Shown: positions 1 through 10,402, counted from the first letter of the stretch. The stretch is 64,000 nt of DNA from an uncultured Actinomycetales bacterium (GCA_913063435.1 CAJXYI010000001.1:77246-141245); one strand, 5' to 3'. Program-made: numbers and translations. Notes: generated by a model not told the origin, from the sequence alone.

Positions 1-427
1 GCCGGGCTAGTCGGGCGGTGTCCAGTACCCGGGGCTGAGGCCAGACATGGCCGGACTTCGCCGCGGCTGCCTTGAGGAATCCGATGTCGTAGGGCGCGTT
101 GTGTGCGACGACGACGGCATCGCCGATGAACTCCCACAGCGACGCGGTAGCCGCGGGCACCGATGGCGCGCCGATCAGCATGGCGTTTGTGATCCCGGTC
201 AAGGATGCGATGAACGCGGGAACGTCGTGCCCGGGATCGACCAGAGTGGCGAACTCGCCGAGCACCTCACCACCGTGGACCTTCACCGCCCCGATCTCGG
301 TGATCCCGGCATCGGCGGGTGACCCGCCGGTGGTTTCCAGGTCGAGAACCACGAAGGTGACCTCTGCCAGGGGGCGACCGAGGTCATCGATGCTCAACTG
401 GTCGCTCACGTGGCGCTGTTCGGACAT
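1..427 (-). CDS. DnaQ-like DEDD 3'-5' exonuclease domain protein (N-terminal part; gene continues beyond the left edge)
   Basis: Absent from the ORF track because it runs off the edge. Reverse translation from ATG at 427-425 gives [50 protein letters not shown]...[17 protein letters not shown]. This carries ExoI (DLETTG) and ExoII (HNAxxD) motifs. Confidence 0.75.
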   Translation of the reverse strand, partial: MSEQRHVSDQLSIDDLGRPLAEVTFVVLDLETTGGSPADAGITEIGAVKVHGGEVLGEFATLVDPGHDVPAFIASLTGITNAMLIGAPSVPAATASLWEFIGDAVVVAHNAPYDIGFLKAAAAKSGHVWPQPRVLDTARLAR

Positions 428-492
428 GTCAGTGACCCTAGGGCCGACCTCCGACACGGCGAGGTCACGAGTGATCCGATAGGTTCACCGGC

Positions 493-765
493 GTGTCGAT
501 CATCGTTCCCGATGCCGATCACCGCTGGCGCTGTGCGCACTGCGGCAATCTCACGCGCTTCGACGTGGTCCGACGGTCTCGGACCGAACAATTCTGGCAC
601 CTCGACCTCGCCGGTGAGCCGACCATCGAGGAGTCGCGGGCGCTGGAGGATGTCATCGAGTCGGTGACCTGCCGATGGTGCGGCAAGCCCGACGCCATCG
701 AGATCATCGCGCGTCCGGCCCCTGGCGATCCGTTGCCTGAGGAGAACCCCGGCGGCCAGCCCTGA
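493..765 (+). CDS. small zinc-ribbon-like hypothetical protein (90 aa)
   Basis: ORF track. Two CxxC pairs (CAHCGN ... CRWCGK). Divergent from the exonuclease gene. Confidence 0.45.
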   Translation: MSIIVPDADHRWRCAHCGNLTRFDVVRRSRTEQFWHLDLAGEPTIEESRALEDVIESVTCRWCGKPDAIEIIARPAPGDPLPEENPGGQP

Positions 766-827
766 TCACAGCCCGCGATGGGCTGCTGCGCCATCGGAAT
801 GTCAGACCCCCACCCCACCATGGGGGC

Positions 828-1037
828 ATGAGCGATGAACGAAGCAGCGACGAGATCGTGATCGATTGCAATTCCTGTGTTGTTCGAGGGGATGCCTGCT
901 CAGACTGCGTGGTCAGCGTGCTGCTCGGACCGCCGGCCTTCCTCGATGAAGTCGAGCGCACCGCGTTGGCGGTGCTCGCCGGATCGGGACTGGTTCCCCC
1001 GCTGCGGCTGCTCAGTTCGGACGAGGGAGCTGCCTGA
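828..1037 (+). CDS. small Cys-rich hypothetical protein (69 aa)
   Basis: ORF track. CNSC-x6-CSDC motif. The 3' end overlaps the convergent GT87-like gene by 26 nt. Confidence 0.4.
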   Translation: MSDERSSDEIVIDCNSCVVRGDACSDCVVSVLLGPPAFLDEVERTALAVLAGSGLVPPLRLLSSDEGAA

Positions 1038-2343
1038 TGGGGGAACCGGCGAGATCCCCGGACTGCTCGTCGATTGACTCGGTGGTGCCGGCTGCCGGTG
1101 TCGGCTCGGTGGCGCGTTCACGAAGCGAGGGTGCCCGCATCTGACGGATGAGAACAGCGATCGCCCAGACCGTTGCCGCAACGAGGCTGAGAATGCGCAC
1201 CGTCTGCAGCCCCAGTGCCCACCATTGACTGCTGAGCAGCGAGCCGTATCCGAACGGATAGATCACCTGCGTGACCGTGACTGAAATCGCCAGGAGCGCG
1301 ATGACCGGACGGAGTTGGGTTCGCCGATCCATCAGTGCCGCCGCAGCAACGCCGGCGACCCACACGTTGTATTGCGGGGAGAGCACACGCGAGGTGATCA
1401 TCGAGATAAGCAGCGCGGTCAGTACGACGTCGACCCCGGGGATGTCCTCGAGCATGCCCAGCAGGCGTGCGATGCCGAGGCCCAGGATGAGGAGCAATCC
1501 GATCCCGGTCACCACGGTTCCGATCCCGATGGTCACATCCAGATCGATCTCCATGGCTCCGAAGCGGAACTCGAAGGGAACCTCCGCACCGAAACCCTGC
1601 GCAACCAGGAAGGGCCAGGCGGCCACCGATTCGACCTGCAGGCCGCGCGACTGCTGCTCTCCGACGAACGACACTCCACCGGTCGCCCACAGCGACACGG
1701 CGATCAAGATGGCGATGGCGGTGACGACGAAACCTGTTGCTCCGCACACGAGACTGCGCCTAGGAAGTGCGAGTAACGCCAACCCCGGCCACACCTTGAG
1801 TAGGGCGCCCACGGCTGCAGCACCCCCGGAGAGCCGAGGACGCGAGATGAGCAGAAGTGCTGCGACCGCAGCGGCCGTGGGAAGCAAATCGAATCGAGCC
1901 AGGAAAACCGGGCCTATCAATAGCGCGGACACGACCCAGGCCCAGGCTGGCATGAGGTCAGGGAGCACGGTGTCCGTCGCTGCATCGGTCTGCGGGCGTC
2001 GGCGGCGGAATCCGGCGATGAGCAGCATCACCAGGATCGCCGCGTCGGCGGCGAGTGCGATGACGAAGAACCCGACCACGGGCGATGCTCCGATGAGCGC
2101 GGACAGAGCGAACACCGCACCGGCACCGGGCGGGTACTGCCACATGTCGTCACCGATCGGGAAACGCCCGGTGACGAGCAACTGCGACCACTCCGAGTAC
2201 AGCAGGACGTCATTGATCACGAGGGGGCCATCGGGATAGGGCACCAGGCCGATGATGACCCCCATGAGAGCCGCGCGACTGCCGATCCAGGCCAGGATGA
2301 GCCATCCCAGTGCCCGGGGGAGTCGGCTCGCGCGCGAGGTCAC
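1012..2343 (-). CDS. polytopic membrane glycosyltransferase, GT87/DUF2029-like (Rv2181-type mannosyltransferase family)
   Basis: 443 aa with many TM helices. The N-terminal loop NDVLLYSEWSQLLVTGRFPIGDDMWQYPPGA resembles the GT87 signature. Family assigned by recall only. Confidence 0.55.
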   Translation of the reverse strand: MTSRASRLPRALGWLILAWIGSRAALMGVIIGLVPYPDGPLVINDVLLYSEWSQLLVTGRFPIGDDMWQYPPGAGAVFALSALIGASPVVGFFVIALAADAAILVMLLIAGFRRRRPQTDAATDTVLPDLMPAWAWVVSALLIGPVFLARFDLLPTAAAVAALLLISRPRLSGGAAAVGALLKVWPGLALLALPRRSLVCGATGFVVTAIAILIAVSLWATGGVSFVGEQQSRGLQVESVAAWPFLVAQGFGAEVPFEFRFGAMEIDLDVTIGIGTVVTGIGLLLILGLGIARLLGMLEDIPGVDVVLTALLISMITSRVLSPQYNVWVAGVAAAALMDRRTQLRPVIALLAISVTVTQVIYPFGYGSLLSSQWWALGLQTVRILSLVAATVWAIAVLIRQMRAPSLRERATEPTPAAGTTESIDEQSGDLAGSPIRQLPRPN

Positions 2344-2390
2344 GAAGGCAGACTAACCGCAGCCCATGGGCGCTTGCGTGAGCGGCGAGG

Positions 2391-3044
2391 TCAGGGTTCG
2401 ATGCCCGGTGGGCTGATCAATCCTGCTCGAAGAGCAGCCATGAGCGCCTGCGCGCGATTCGCGGCTCCGAGCTTGTCGTACAACCGGGATATGTGCGTCT
2501 TCGTCGTGGATTCGGAGATGTAGAGCGTGGTCGAGATCGCCGAGACCCCCAACCCATCGGCGAGCAGATCGAGAACCTGGCGTTCCCGAGGGGACAGATG
2601 CGGGCCCTCGTCATTCATCCGCCGCTGCATCGCCGATGCCAGATCCGGGGAGCTGAACGTCCGGGGTGTCGCCGCCGCATGGCGGGCTGCGGCCACGATC
2701 TCGTCTGCGGGTGCGCTCTTGGGGATGAAGGCACTGGCGCCTGCCTCGAGTGCGTCGAACAGATGTTGATCGCCGGCGTACATCGTCAGCACCACGATGC
2801 CGAGTTGCGGATGACGTTTACGGGATTCGCGCACCAGGGTGATTCCGTCACCGTCGGGCAGACGCAGATCGATCACCGCGACATCAGGCGACTGAGACTC
2901 GATGATGGCAAGACCGCTTTGCACGGTGGCCGCCTCGGCGACGACCTGGACATCCGGTTCGCGTTCGAATGCTCGACGCAGACCTTCTCGAATCAATTCG
3001 TGATCATCGATGAGCGCAACGCGGATCTCATGGGGTACGGGCAT
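2391..3044 (-). CDS. NarL/LuxR-family response regulator
   Basis: 217 aa. Receiver domain (IRVALIDDHELIREGL ... DVAVIDLRLPDGDG) plus C-terminal LuxR HTH (LSPRERQVLDLLADGL..STKTHISRLYDKLG). Its start shares 1 nt with the kinase stop. Confidence 0.9.
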   Translation of the reverse strand: MPVPHEIRVALIDDHELIREGLRRAFEREPDVQVVAEAATVQSGLAIIESQSPDVAVIDLRLPDGDGITLVRESRKRHPQLGIVVLTMYAGDQHLFDALEAGASAFIPKSAPADEIVAAARHAAATPRTFSSPDLASAMQRRMNDEGPHLSPRERQVLDLLADGLGVSAISTTLYISESTTKTHISRLYDKLGAANRAQALMAALRAGLISPPGIEP

Positions 3045-4792
3045 CAGCGATCGCCTTCCCGTGCGCCCGCGAGTGCGAGAGCCGAAGCAGCGATGACGAG
3101 TTCCACCACGGTCCCGCCACCTTCGCGAGCACGGATGATGAGGTCACCGCCGAGTGCCTCGGCCCTTTCCCGCATGATCGTGAGTCCGAAACTGTCCTGG
3201 CGTGCCGATCGGGAGTCGATACCACGGCCATCGTCTGCGATACGCAGCATCACCCCGTCGTCATCGACCCGGTACGTCACCCACAGGGTCCGCGCCTGCG
3301 CATGCCTGCGCGCGTTGGTGATCGCCTCCTGAGCGATGCGCAGCACCTGCGGCGACATCCCGGCCGGGATGCGCGTGCCGTCCTCATCGAGCACCGTGTG
3401 AACGGTCATCTGGCTCTCGTTGCCCACGCTCGCCAGGTAGTTGGCCAGTGCATCGGCGATCCCTGCTCCCGATTCGAGCCGCAGGTCGTAGATGGACAGG
3501 CGAAGTTCGGTGATGATGCGGGTGAGTTCCTCACGAAGCCGAACCAAGCGGTCGTGGACATCGGCATCGAGGTTCTCGCGCGCCAGGTCATCGACGAGCA
3601 GGCCCACGCCTGCAAGTTCCTGCGCGATTCCGTCGTGGATTTCCCGAGACATCCGATGGCGCTCATTCGTCGTGGCAAGATCTCGGATCTCATCGAACAG
3701 TCGGGCAGCATCGAGACGCAGGGCTGCCGCATCGACCTCGCGCTGGGCGAGGGCGAGGTCTTCGATCGGCCACAGCGAACCAGTGCGCTGCAGGGCCACC
3801 ACACCTATCGGTGTGCCTTCGAGCCTCAGGGGGATGATCGCACTGGCGATGGGCTCAGTGGCGGACAGGGGCCATTCGGCGGCGATCGTGACACCGTCCA
3901 ACGGTCCCTGCCGTTGGACTGCAGTCTGCGCCTGCGCTGCTTGCGCCCACAGTCCACGATCCCACCGTGGGATCCATGGCACCGGATGCTGCGATCCCGT
4001 TGCGGCCACCGTGGTGCCCGATCGGGTGTTCAGATACACCACCGCGTTGTCATGGGGCAGGATCTGCGCGACCGTATCCAGTGTGACGCGGGCGAGGACG
4101 GGTTCTTCGAGCCCCTCGGGCAGTCGTCTGGTCACGTCGCGCAAGGCAGTGAGCAACATGCGGGCTGCAGCGTAGGAATCCTGGGTGGGTGCCACCCGTT
4201 CACGGATATGCCGTGCCAGTGCGGTGCCCAGACCGATAGCGATGGCGATGGCTAGCCAGATCACGACATCGGCGATCGGTTCGGGTAGCGACGATCCCTG
4301 CTGCCACACCACACCGATGACCAGAACGAGCGCCGACACCAGGCCGGCCGCGAGGGCACCCACGGTTCCGGCCATCAAAGCCGCCACGATCGGCGGCACG
4401 ATGAGGTAGACCGCAGAGGGACGCAGGCCAGCCGGTGCTGACAGCACGATCACCGCTACGACCGCGGCCTCGAGCAGGACGGCGACGTAGCGCAGCCAAG
4501 CCGGGCGGCGAGCGATGCTCGCTGTCAACGCGACGATGCCGATGAGAACGACCTGGTGATACGCGGTTCCCAGGGCGCCGGTGCTCAGGGCGAGAAGGAA
4601 CGTCGCCAGGACACCGATGACCCGAACGATCGGCTCCCAAGCCCACCGGGGGAGCCGACCGCGTTCGACGGGGAGGGCACGACCACCTCCGGAACCGGGT
4701 AGATCAGCGACCGCATCGCCGATCGACTCTGGATCAGTCCCGCCCTCGACGTCATCACCGACCCCATCACCGGCGCCGGATGCTGCGGTCAT
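3044..4792 (-). CDS. membrane sensor histidine kinase (TM region + GAF-like + HisKA_3 + HATPase)
   Basis: 582 aa. H-box REIHDGIAQELAG is typical of NarX/DesK-type kinases. C-terminal ATPase region (ITNARRHA ... DDGRGI ... GLTIMRERA). Confidence 0.85.
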   Translation of the reverse strand: MTAASGAGDGVGDDVEGGTDPESIGDAVADLPGSGGGRALPVERGRLPRWAWEPIVRVIGVLATFLLALSTGALGTAYHQVVLIGIVALTASIARRPAWLRYVAVLLEAAVVAVIVLSAPAGLRPSAVYLIVPPIVAALMAGTVGALAAGLVSALVLVIGVVWQQGSSLPEPIADVVIWLAIAIAIGLGTALARHIRERVAPTQDSYAAARMLLTALRDVTRRLPEGLEEPVLARVTLDTVAQILPHDNAVVYLNTRSGTTVAATGSQHPVPWIPRWDRGLWAQAAQAQTAVQRQGPLDGVTIAAEWPLSATEPIASAIIPLRLEGTPIGVVALQRTGSLWPIEDLALAQREVDAAALRLDAARLFDEIRDLATTNERHRMSREIHDGIAQELAGVGLLVDDLARENLDADVHDRLVRLREELTRIITELRLSIYDLRLESGAGIADALANYLASVGNESQMTVHTVLDEDGTRIPAGMSPQVLRIAQEAITNARRHAQARTLWVTYRVDDDGVMLRIADDGRGIDSRSARQDSFGLTIMRERAEALGGDLIIRAREGGGTVVELVIAASALALAGAREGDR

Positions 4793-4833
4793 CGCCGTTG
4801 CGACCGGCGGATAGCGGGTGTGGTCACGTCACA

Positions 4834-6630
4834 TCACGCGTAGAGCGCGTCGACGTCTGCGGCGAACTCCTTCATGACCACGTTGCGCTTGAGCTTCATC
4901 GAGGGTGTGAGTTGCCCACCCTCTTCAGTCCAGTCAACGTCGAGGATGGCGAATTTGCGAATGGATTCTGCCTTCGACACAGCCTTGTTGGCCTCATCGA
5001 CCGCACCCTGGATCGTGGCGATGAGATCCGGGTCTTTCACCGCCTCGGCGATCGTCATCGACTCGGGCTTGCCGGCGGTCTTCAACCATGCCGGGAGGGA
5101 CTCCGGGTCGATCGTGACCAGGGCCGCGATGAAGGGCTGGCCGTCGCCGACCACCATGCACTGGCTGACGAGGTAGTTGGCGCGCAGGCGATCCTCGAGC
5201 ACCGCGGGGGCGACATTCTTGCCACCGGCAGTGACGAGGAGTTCCTTCTTGCGACCGGTGATCTTCACGAAGCCTTCATCGTCGATCTCGCCGATGTCAC
5301 CGGAATGGAACCAGCCGTCCGGTTCGATCGCCTCGGCCGTAGCCGTCGGATTCTTCCAGTATCCATCGAAGATCTGAGCGCCGGACAGCAGCAGCTCGCC
5401 GTCGGCAGCGACCTTGACCGACGCACCCGGGAAGGGTTGACCGACGGTGCCGATCTTCAACGCCGTCGGCCGATTGACCGTCGTCGCCGCACTGGTTTCG
5501 GTCAGGCCGTACCCCTCGAGGATGGTGACCCCGATACCGCGGAAGAAGTGCCCGAGGCGCTCTCCCAGTGGGGCACCACCGGAGACCGCCCAGGCCACCT
5601 CACCGCCCATGGCGGCACGGAGCTTGGAGTAGACGAGTTTGTTGAACAGGGCGTGCTTGACCTTCAGGGTCAGGCCGGGCCCTCCGTGATCGAGGGAGCG
5701 GCTGTATTCGATCGCTACTCCTGCGGCGGTGTTGAAGATATTGCCCTTGCCCTCGGCGGTGGCCTTCTGCTGAGCGGAGTTGAAGACCTTCTCGAACACG
5801 CGGGGAACCGCGAGGAGGAACGTGGGCTGGAAGGACTGCAGGTCGGGCAGCAGGTTCGTCACATCGGGAGCGTGCCCCATGCGAACGCGAGCCCGGATCG
5901 AACCGAGCTGGATGATGCGGCCGAAGACGTGCGCCAAAGGCAGGAATAGCAGGGTCGATGCCCCCGAACGCAAGAAGACCTCGGGCATTCCCTGCACCAC
6001 GTTGTCGACTTCGAACATGAAGCTCTTGTGGGTGAGCATGCAGCCCTTGGGGCGCCCGGTGGTGCCGGAGGTGTAGATGATGGTGGCGAGGTCCTCGGGT
6101 TTGACGCTGGCCCGTGCCGCTTCGAGGGCTTCGTCGGTGACATCCTCGCCGGCCGCAGTGAGCGCTTCGAGGGCGCCATCATCGAAGATCCAGGTGCGGG
6201 TGCACTCCGGAAGCCGATCGGCTACCTCGTCGAAAACCGCCTTGTTCTTCGCGCTTTCGACGAACAACGCGACCGCATCGGAATCACTGACGATCCATTC
6301 GACCTGCTCCGGTGAGGACGTCTCGTAGATCGGAACGGTGACGCCCCCGGCGTACCAGATCGCGTAATCGGCGACGGTCCACTCGTAGCGGGTGCGCGAC
6401 ATGATGCCGACGCGCTGGCCTGGCTGCACGCCAGAGGCGATGAGTCCCTTGGCCACGGCCTTCACCTGATCGAGGAACGCACGAGCGGTGACACCGACCC
6501 ACTTTCCCGAGTCGTTGCGCGAGAGCACCACGCGATCGGGTGCCTGTGCGGCGTTCTCGACGATGTGATCGGTGAGACTGCCAGCATTGGGTGGCGCGAC
6601 GATGGCCGGCACGGCGAATTCGGTCTTCAT
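4834..6630 (-). CDS. long-chain fatty-acid--CoA ligase (AMP-dependent synthetase, FadD15-like)
   Basis: 598 aa. AMP-binding motif IIYTSGTTGRPKGCMLTH and GYGLTETS. Confidence 0.85.
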   Translation of the reverse strand: MKTEFAVPAIVAPPNAGSLTDHIVENAAQAPDRVVLSRNDSGKWVGVTARAFLDQVKAVAKGLIASGVQPGQRVGIMSRTRYEWTVADYAIWYAGGVTVPIYETSSPEQVEWIVSDSDAVALFVESAKNKAVFDEVADRLPECTRTWIFDDGALEALTAAGEDVTDEALEAARASVKPEDLATIIYTSGTTGRPKGCMLTHKSFMFEVDNVVQGMPEVFLRSGASTLLFLPLAHVFGRIIQLGSIRARVRMGHAPDVTNLLPDLQSFQPTFLLAVPRVFEKVFNSAQQKATAEGKGNIFNTAAGVAIEYSRSLDHGGPGLTLKVKHALFNKLVYSKLRAAMGGEVAWAVSGGAPLGERLGHFFRGIGVTILEGYGLTETSAATTVNRPTALKIGTVGQPFPGASVKVAADGELLLSGAQIFDGYWKNPTATAEAIEPDGWFHSGDIGEIDDEGFVKITGRKKELLVTAGGKNVAPAVLEDRLRANYLVSQCMVVGDGQPFIAALVTIDPESLPAWLKTAGKPESMTIAEAVKDPDLIATIQGAVDEANKAVSKAESIRKFAILDVDWTEEGGQLTPSMKLKRNVVMKEFAADVDALYA

Positions 6631-6804
6631 GGCCTGAGGTCTCCTTCACGGGGCTATCGGTGCCAGTCGCCCGGCGTATGTCGGGCCCGGAGAGCGCATG
6701 AGTTCTCCGAGATGACTGGTGACGTTACGCGATCGACGGGCTCTTGGCACGCCATTCAGCTCAGTCGGCATCTGCAACTCCGAGATCGCGCGTATCCTGC
6801 AGCC

Positions 6805-7236
6805 ATGGCCACCGTGGATCTGGTCGACGAGACGTTCATCGTGGTCGCCCCGGCCCGGATCGCCGAGATCGTGGCTGATTCCGGTCGTTGGGCGTCCTGG
6901 TGGCCTGGGCTGAACCTGGTGATCTTCATGGATCGCGGTCTCGAAGGCATCCGATGGACGATCACCGGCGAACTCGTGGGATCGGCCGAAATCTGGCTGG
7001 AGTCCTATCGAGACGGCGTCATCGTGCACCACTATCTGCGTGCCGAACCGACCGAACCGGGTTCGACCACGCGCCCTCGACGCGTTAACGATTCCGCGCG
7101 TGGCCGTCGCGAAGCGGACCGGCTGCGCCGACGCCACGCACTGGCTTGGAAGAGGACGGTGTGGGCCTTGAAGGACGAACTCGAACAGGGACGTAGACCG
7201 GGGGAGCCGGTGGGTTTCGCATCCACTGAGCGCTAA
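6805..7236 (+). CDS. SRPBCC-fold-like conserved hypothetical protein
   Basis: ORF-track 6565..7236 trimmed to the in-frame ATG at 6805, because the longer form overlaps the fadD start region. Family call is weak. Confidence 0.45.
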   Translation: MATVDLVDETFIVVAPARIAEIVADSGRWASWWPGLNLVIFMDRGLEGIRWTITGELVGSAEIWLESYRDGVIVHHYLRAEPTEPGSTTRPRRVNDSARGRREADRLRRRHALAWKRTVWALKDELEQGRRPGEPVGFASTER

Positions 7237-7247
7237 CGTGGTGAATC

Positions 7248-7706
7248 GTGGCTGAGCAGACCGAGTCCAGCATTCTCATCGATGCTTCCGCGCGACGGGT
7301 GATGGATGTGATCGCCGATCTTGCGTCGTATCCCCAGTGGAGCGACGGGATCACCGAGGTGACCGTGCTGAGTGAATCCGATGGTCGCCCGGCTACGGCG
7401 CGCTTCGAACTAGCCTCCGGTCCCATCAAGGACACCTACGAGCTCGCCTATGACTGGCGGGGCGACGATCATGTGGCGTGGCACCTCACCCGCGGAGACA
7501 TGCTGCGTGCCATGGACGGGAGCTACGACCTATCCGAGCAGCCTTCGGGGCAGACCGAGGTCCGCTATCGCCTCGTTGTCGACGTCAAGGTCCCCATGAT
7601 CGGGATGATCAAGCGCAAAGCCGAGAAAGTGATCGTCGACACGGCGCTGCGGGGATTGAAAGCACGGGTGGAATCCACGGAATCCACCGATCCCACGGGT
7701 GGCTGA
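7248..7706 (+). CDS. SRPBCC family protein (polyketide cyclase/dehydrase-like)
   Basis: 152 aa. The N-terminus SSILIDASARRVMDVIADLASYPQWSDGI is typical of the cyclase/dehydrase fold. Confidence 0.65.
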   Translation: MAEQTESSILIDASARRVMDVIADLASYPQWSDGITEVTVLSESDGRPATARFELASGPIKDTYELAYDWRGDDHVAWHLTRGDMLRAMDGSYDLSEQPSGQTEVRYRLVVDVKVPMIGMIKRKAEKVIVDTALRGLKARVESTESTDPTGG

Positions 7707-7712
7707 TCTTCG

Positions 7713-8705
7713 ATGGTGAGCGACGCATCGCTGAACGACACTGGGGCTGCGGCGCTGACGCCGGTCAGCATCGGGGTGGACGTCGGCGGCACCAAGATCC
7801 TCGCAGCGACCGTGGACTCCCACGGCCGCATCCTCAGCCGCCAGCGGATCCCCACCCCAGCACGCGACGTGCAAGCCACGATCGATGCGATCGTGACGGC
7901 CATCGAGACCCTCGTCGATAGTCACCCCGGCCCGGTCGACTCGGTGGGAATCGGGGTCGCCGCGCTCGTGGATGGTGATCGATCCCGCGTCGTGTTCGCT
8001 CCCAACCTCGGCTGGGCGGAAGTGCCGTTGGCGGAGGCGGTCGAGCAGCAGATCCATCGCCGCGTCGTGGTCGAAAACGATGCCAACGCTGCCGCATGGG
8101 GCGAGTTCCGGCATGGAGCGGGCCGTCGGTTCGACGATGCTGTCGTCATCACCGTCGGCACGGGAATCGGCGGCGGGTTGATCCTCGAGGGCAGGCTCCG
8201 CCGCGGTGCCCATGGAATGGCAGCGGAGATCGGCCATGTCACCCTCGTTTCCGATGGCCGTGTCTGCGGTTGTGGCCGGCGGGGATGCTGGGAGCAGTAC
8301 GCGAGCGGCTCGGCTCTAGTCCGTATCGCACGTGATTTCGCCGGTGACCGTCGCGGGGAAGCCCATGTGCTGCTGAGTCTCGGAGATGGCAGCCCCGAGG
8401 GAATCCGGGGCAGGCATGTGACCGAGGCGGCCCGCCATGGGGACCCGGTGGCGCTGGCCGCATTCGCCGAGGTCGGCCTGTGGCTCGGCCGAGGCATGGC
8501 CGATCTGACGGCCGTATTGGACCCGCAGGCCTACATCATCGGCGGTGGCGTCAGCGATGCCGGTGAGATGCTGGTGGAGCCGGCCCGGCGCGAACACGCG
8601 CACCTGGTCGCGCAGTACGGTGGTCGTGAGGTTCCATTGGTTGTCGCTGCGAGTCTGGGCAATGATGCCGGCGTGGTGGGAGCGGCGGATCTCGCGCGAG
8701 GCTAG
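7713..8705 (+). CDS. ROK-family glucokinase
   Basis: 330 aa. IGVDVGGTKI ATP motif and ROK zinc motif CGCGRRGCWEQYASG. Confidence 0.85.
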   Translation: MVSDASLNDTGAAALTPVSIGVDVGGTKILAATVDSHGRILSRQRIPTPARDVQATIDAIVTAIETLVDSHPGPVDSVGIGVAALVDGDRSRVVFAPNLGWAEVPLAEAVEQQIHRRVVVENDANAAAWGEFRHGAGRRFDDAVVITVGTGIGGGLILEGRLRRGAHGMAAEIGHVTLVSDGRVCGCGRRGCWEQYASGSALVRIARDFAGDRRGEAHVLLSLGDGSPEGIRGRHVTEAARHGDPVALAAFAEVGLWLGRGMADLTAVLDPQAYIIGGGVSDAGEMLVEPARREHAHLVAQYGGREVPLVVAASLGNDAGVVGAADLARG

Positions 8706-8762
8706 TAGCAAGATCACCAACGGCCGGCCCGGCGGCTCGAGGAAAACCTGTGCAGGTGGAAC

Positions 8763-9569
8763 CTAGACGACCGCTCCTGGGTCATCGTGGTCGCGTTCGG
8801 TGCGCATGCGGGCGACCAGCAGCACGAACCCACCCATGAACGCTGCGACGCCGATGCCGCTGATCCAACTGCCCCAGGCGAGCACCTGGTTGGCTACGAG
8901 CACCGTGGGGCCACCGATCGCTGCCGACCAGCCGACGATGTCGAGGGTGTGGCGTGGTCGGGGTAGGGGCGGGGGTTCTGGGGGAATGAAGCCCTCGGCA
9001 TCGTCGGCATCGTCGAGTAGGTCGTGATCGAGGGCGTAATCGCGTGGGCCGGTTGAGGAACCGGCGCTGGGCTCCGGCCCGTCCGATGGATCCACCGGGT
9101 GCTCGGGGTTGATCGGATATTCCGGGTGCGGCGAGGTTGGACCCTGCCGGCGGATCAGGCGCCCCGACAGGCCTGATCCACCCCGGTCTCGGCCTTCGCC
9201 GGCACTACCCGAATCGGGCTCCCAGCCATGGACGAGTTTCGCCCATGCCTCGTCTACTTCCTCGCTGCTCAATGCAGGCACCGCCGTGTCTCGGGGAGAC
9301 AGGAAGCGCGATCCCGCCTGCGGGAGTCGTGATGTGATGATGGCGCGCGCCACGGGCACTCGCGATCGGTCGACGTGGATGCGAACCTCTGCGGCGACGG
9401 AGGGGAGCGTGTCACCGGAGGGTTCGACCAGGGGTTCCGCGTATGCCGCGATGCCCTCGCGCGCTAATTCCTCCAGCACTGCGCTCGCGACGCTGTCATC
9501 GACATCGATGATGGCGATGAACGATGGCTGAGGCGAATGGGCACCGCCGGGAGTCATCGAGTCCGTCAT
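8763..9569 (-). CDS. hypothetical protein with disordered acidic/Pro-rich middle and C-terminal TM helices
   Basis: 268 aa. ATGA overlap (9566-9569) with the upstream hydrolase gene. No recognisable catalytic motif. Confidence 0.5.
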   Translation of the reverse strand: MTDSMTPGGAHSPQPSFIAIIDVDDSVASAVLEELAREGIAAYAEPLVEPSGDTLPSVAAEVRIHVDRSRVPVARAIITSRLPQAGSRFLSPRDTAVPALSSEEVDEAWAKLVHGWEPDSGSAGEGRDRGGSGLSGRLIRRQGPTSPHPEYPINPEHPVDPSDGPEPSAGSSTGPRDYALDHDLLDDADDAEGFIPPEPPPLPRPRHTLDIVGWSAAIGGPTVLVANQVLAWGSWISGIGVAAFMGGFVLLVARMRTERDHDDPGAVV

Positions 9570-10318
9570 GTGTGCGGCGACCTCTCGCGAACGAACTGCA
9601 GGCTCTGCTCGAAGATCACGTCGGCGTCATTGTCGATTGTGGCGACATGAAAGGAATCCATGAGCACGAACTCGCGGACGTCCGAAGACGAGACGTGAGA
9701 CAGGATCCATGCCGCATTCGAGGCCTCGACGACGTGATCGACGGAACTGCGGAATAGCAACAGCGGTTGCGTGACCGCTTCGATATCGGTCTTGACGGCC
9801 GACCACAGGTGGGTGAGGCTGTGTGCGGCTTTGAGTGGGATCCGATCGTAGGCACCCTCGTCCTGTCCCGGCTTGTTGATGTCGTTGCTGATCCCGGGAA
9901 ACGATCCGACGAAGTGCTTGATGATGGGGAGTGCGAATCGATCGGGACGTTCGGAATGCACAGCGGGATTGACCAACACGATCCCGCTGATCGCGTCACC
10001 CTTCATCTCGGCTAGCCGCAGAGTCAACGAACCGCCCATCGACAGGCCCATCACGAAGACCGTGGCGCAGCGCGCTGAGAGTTCCCGGAATGATCGATCG
10101 GCTTCGGCGTACCAGTCCTGCCACGTGGTGATGTTCATGTCCTGCCATCGGGTTCCGTGACCGGGTAGGCGGGGCACCCGCACGGTGAGCCCCGCATCCG
10201 CCAGGAACTCCCCCCAGGGGCGCATGGACTTGGGCGAGCCGGTGAAGCCATGCAGGAGCAGGACTCCGACATCACCGCCATCGTGATCGAATGGTTCGGC
10301 ACCGGGCATGAGCGGCAT
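9566..10318 (-). CDS. alpha/beta hydrolase (carboxylesterase / lysophospholipase-like)
   Basis: ORF-track 330 aa trimmed to ATG at 10318 (MPLMPGAEPF...), because the extension overlaps the divergent plsC. HGFTGSP oxyanion region and nucleophile elbow GLSMGG. Confidence 0.8.
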   Translation of the reverse strand: MPLMPGAEPFDHDGGDVGVLLLHGFTGSPKSMRPWGEFLADAGLTVRVPRLPGHGTRWQDMNITTWQDWYAEADRSFRELSARCATVFVMGLSMGGSLTLRLAEMKGDAISGIVLVNPAVHSERPDRFALPIIKHFVGSFPGISNDINKPGQDEGAYDRIPLKAAHSLTHLWSAVKTDIEAVTQPLLLFRSSVDHVVEASNAAWILSHVSSSDVREFVLMDSFHVATIDNDADVIFEQSLQFVRERSPHT

Positions 10319-10402
10319 CGTGGCGACCTCCCTGCTGCTGGGCGACGCACGACCGTGTGCGTCTACTTCGACCGACGCGCCTTGCGGCACTGAAAGACGA
10401 TC

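Noticed and set aside
1271-2239. Long ORFs antisense to real genes. Examples are 1271-2239 (+), 3302-4255 (+), 19246-20352 (+), 28070-29299 (+), 42427-43374 (-), 53792-54331 (-) and 62915-63619 (-).
   Set aside because: These are typical high-GC shadow ORFs. Their compositions are Arg/Ala/Ser/Pro/Gly-rich with no motifs. Each lies opposite a gene with clear family signatures.
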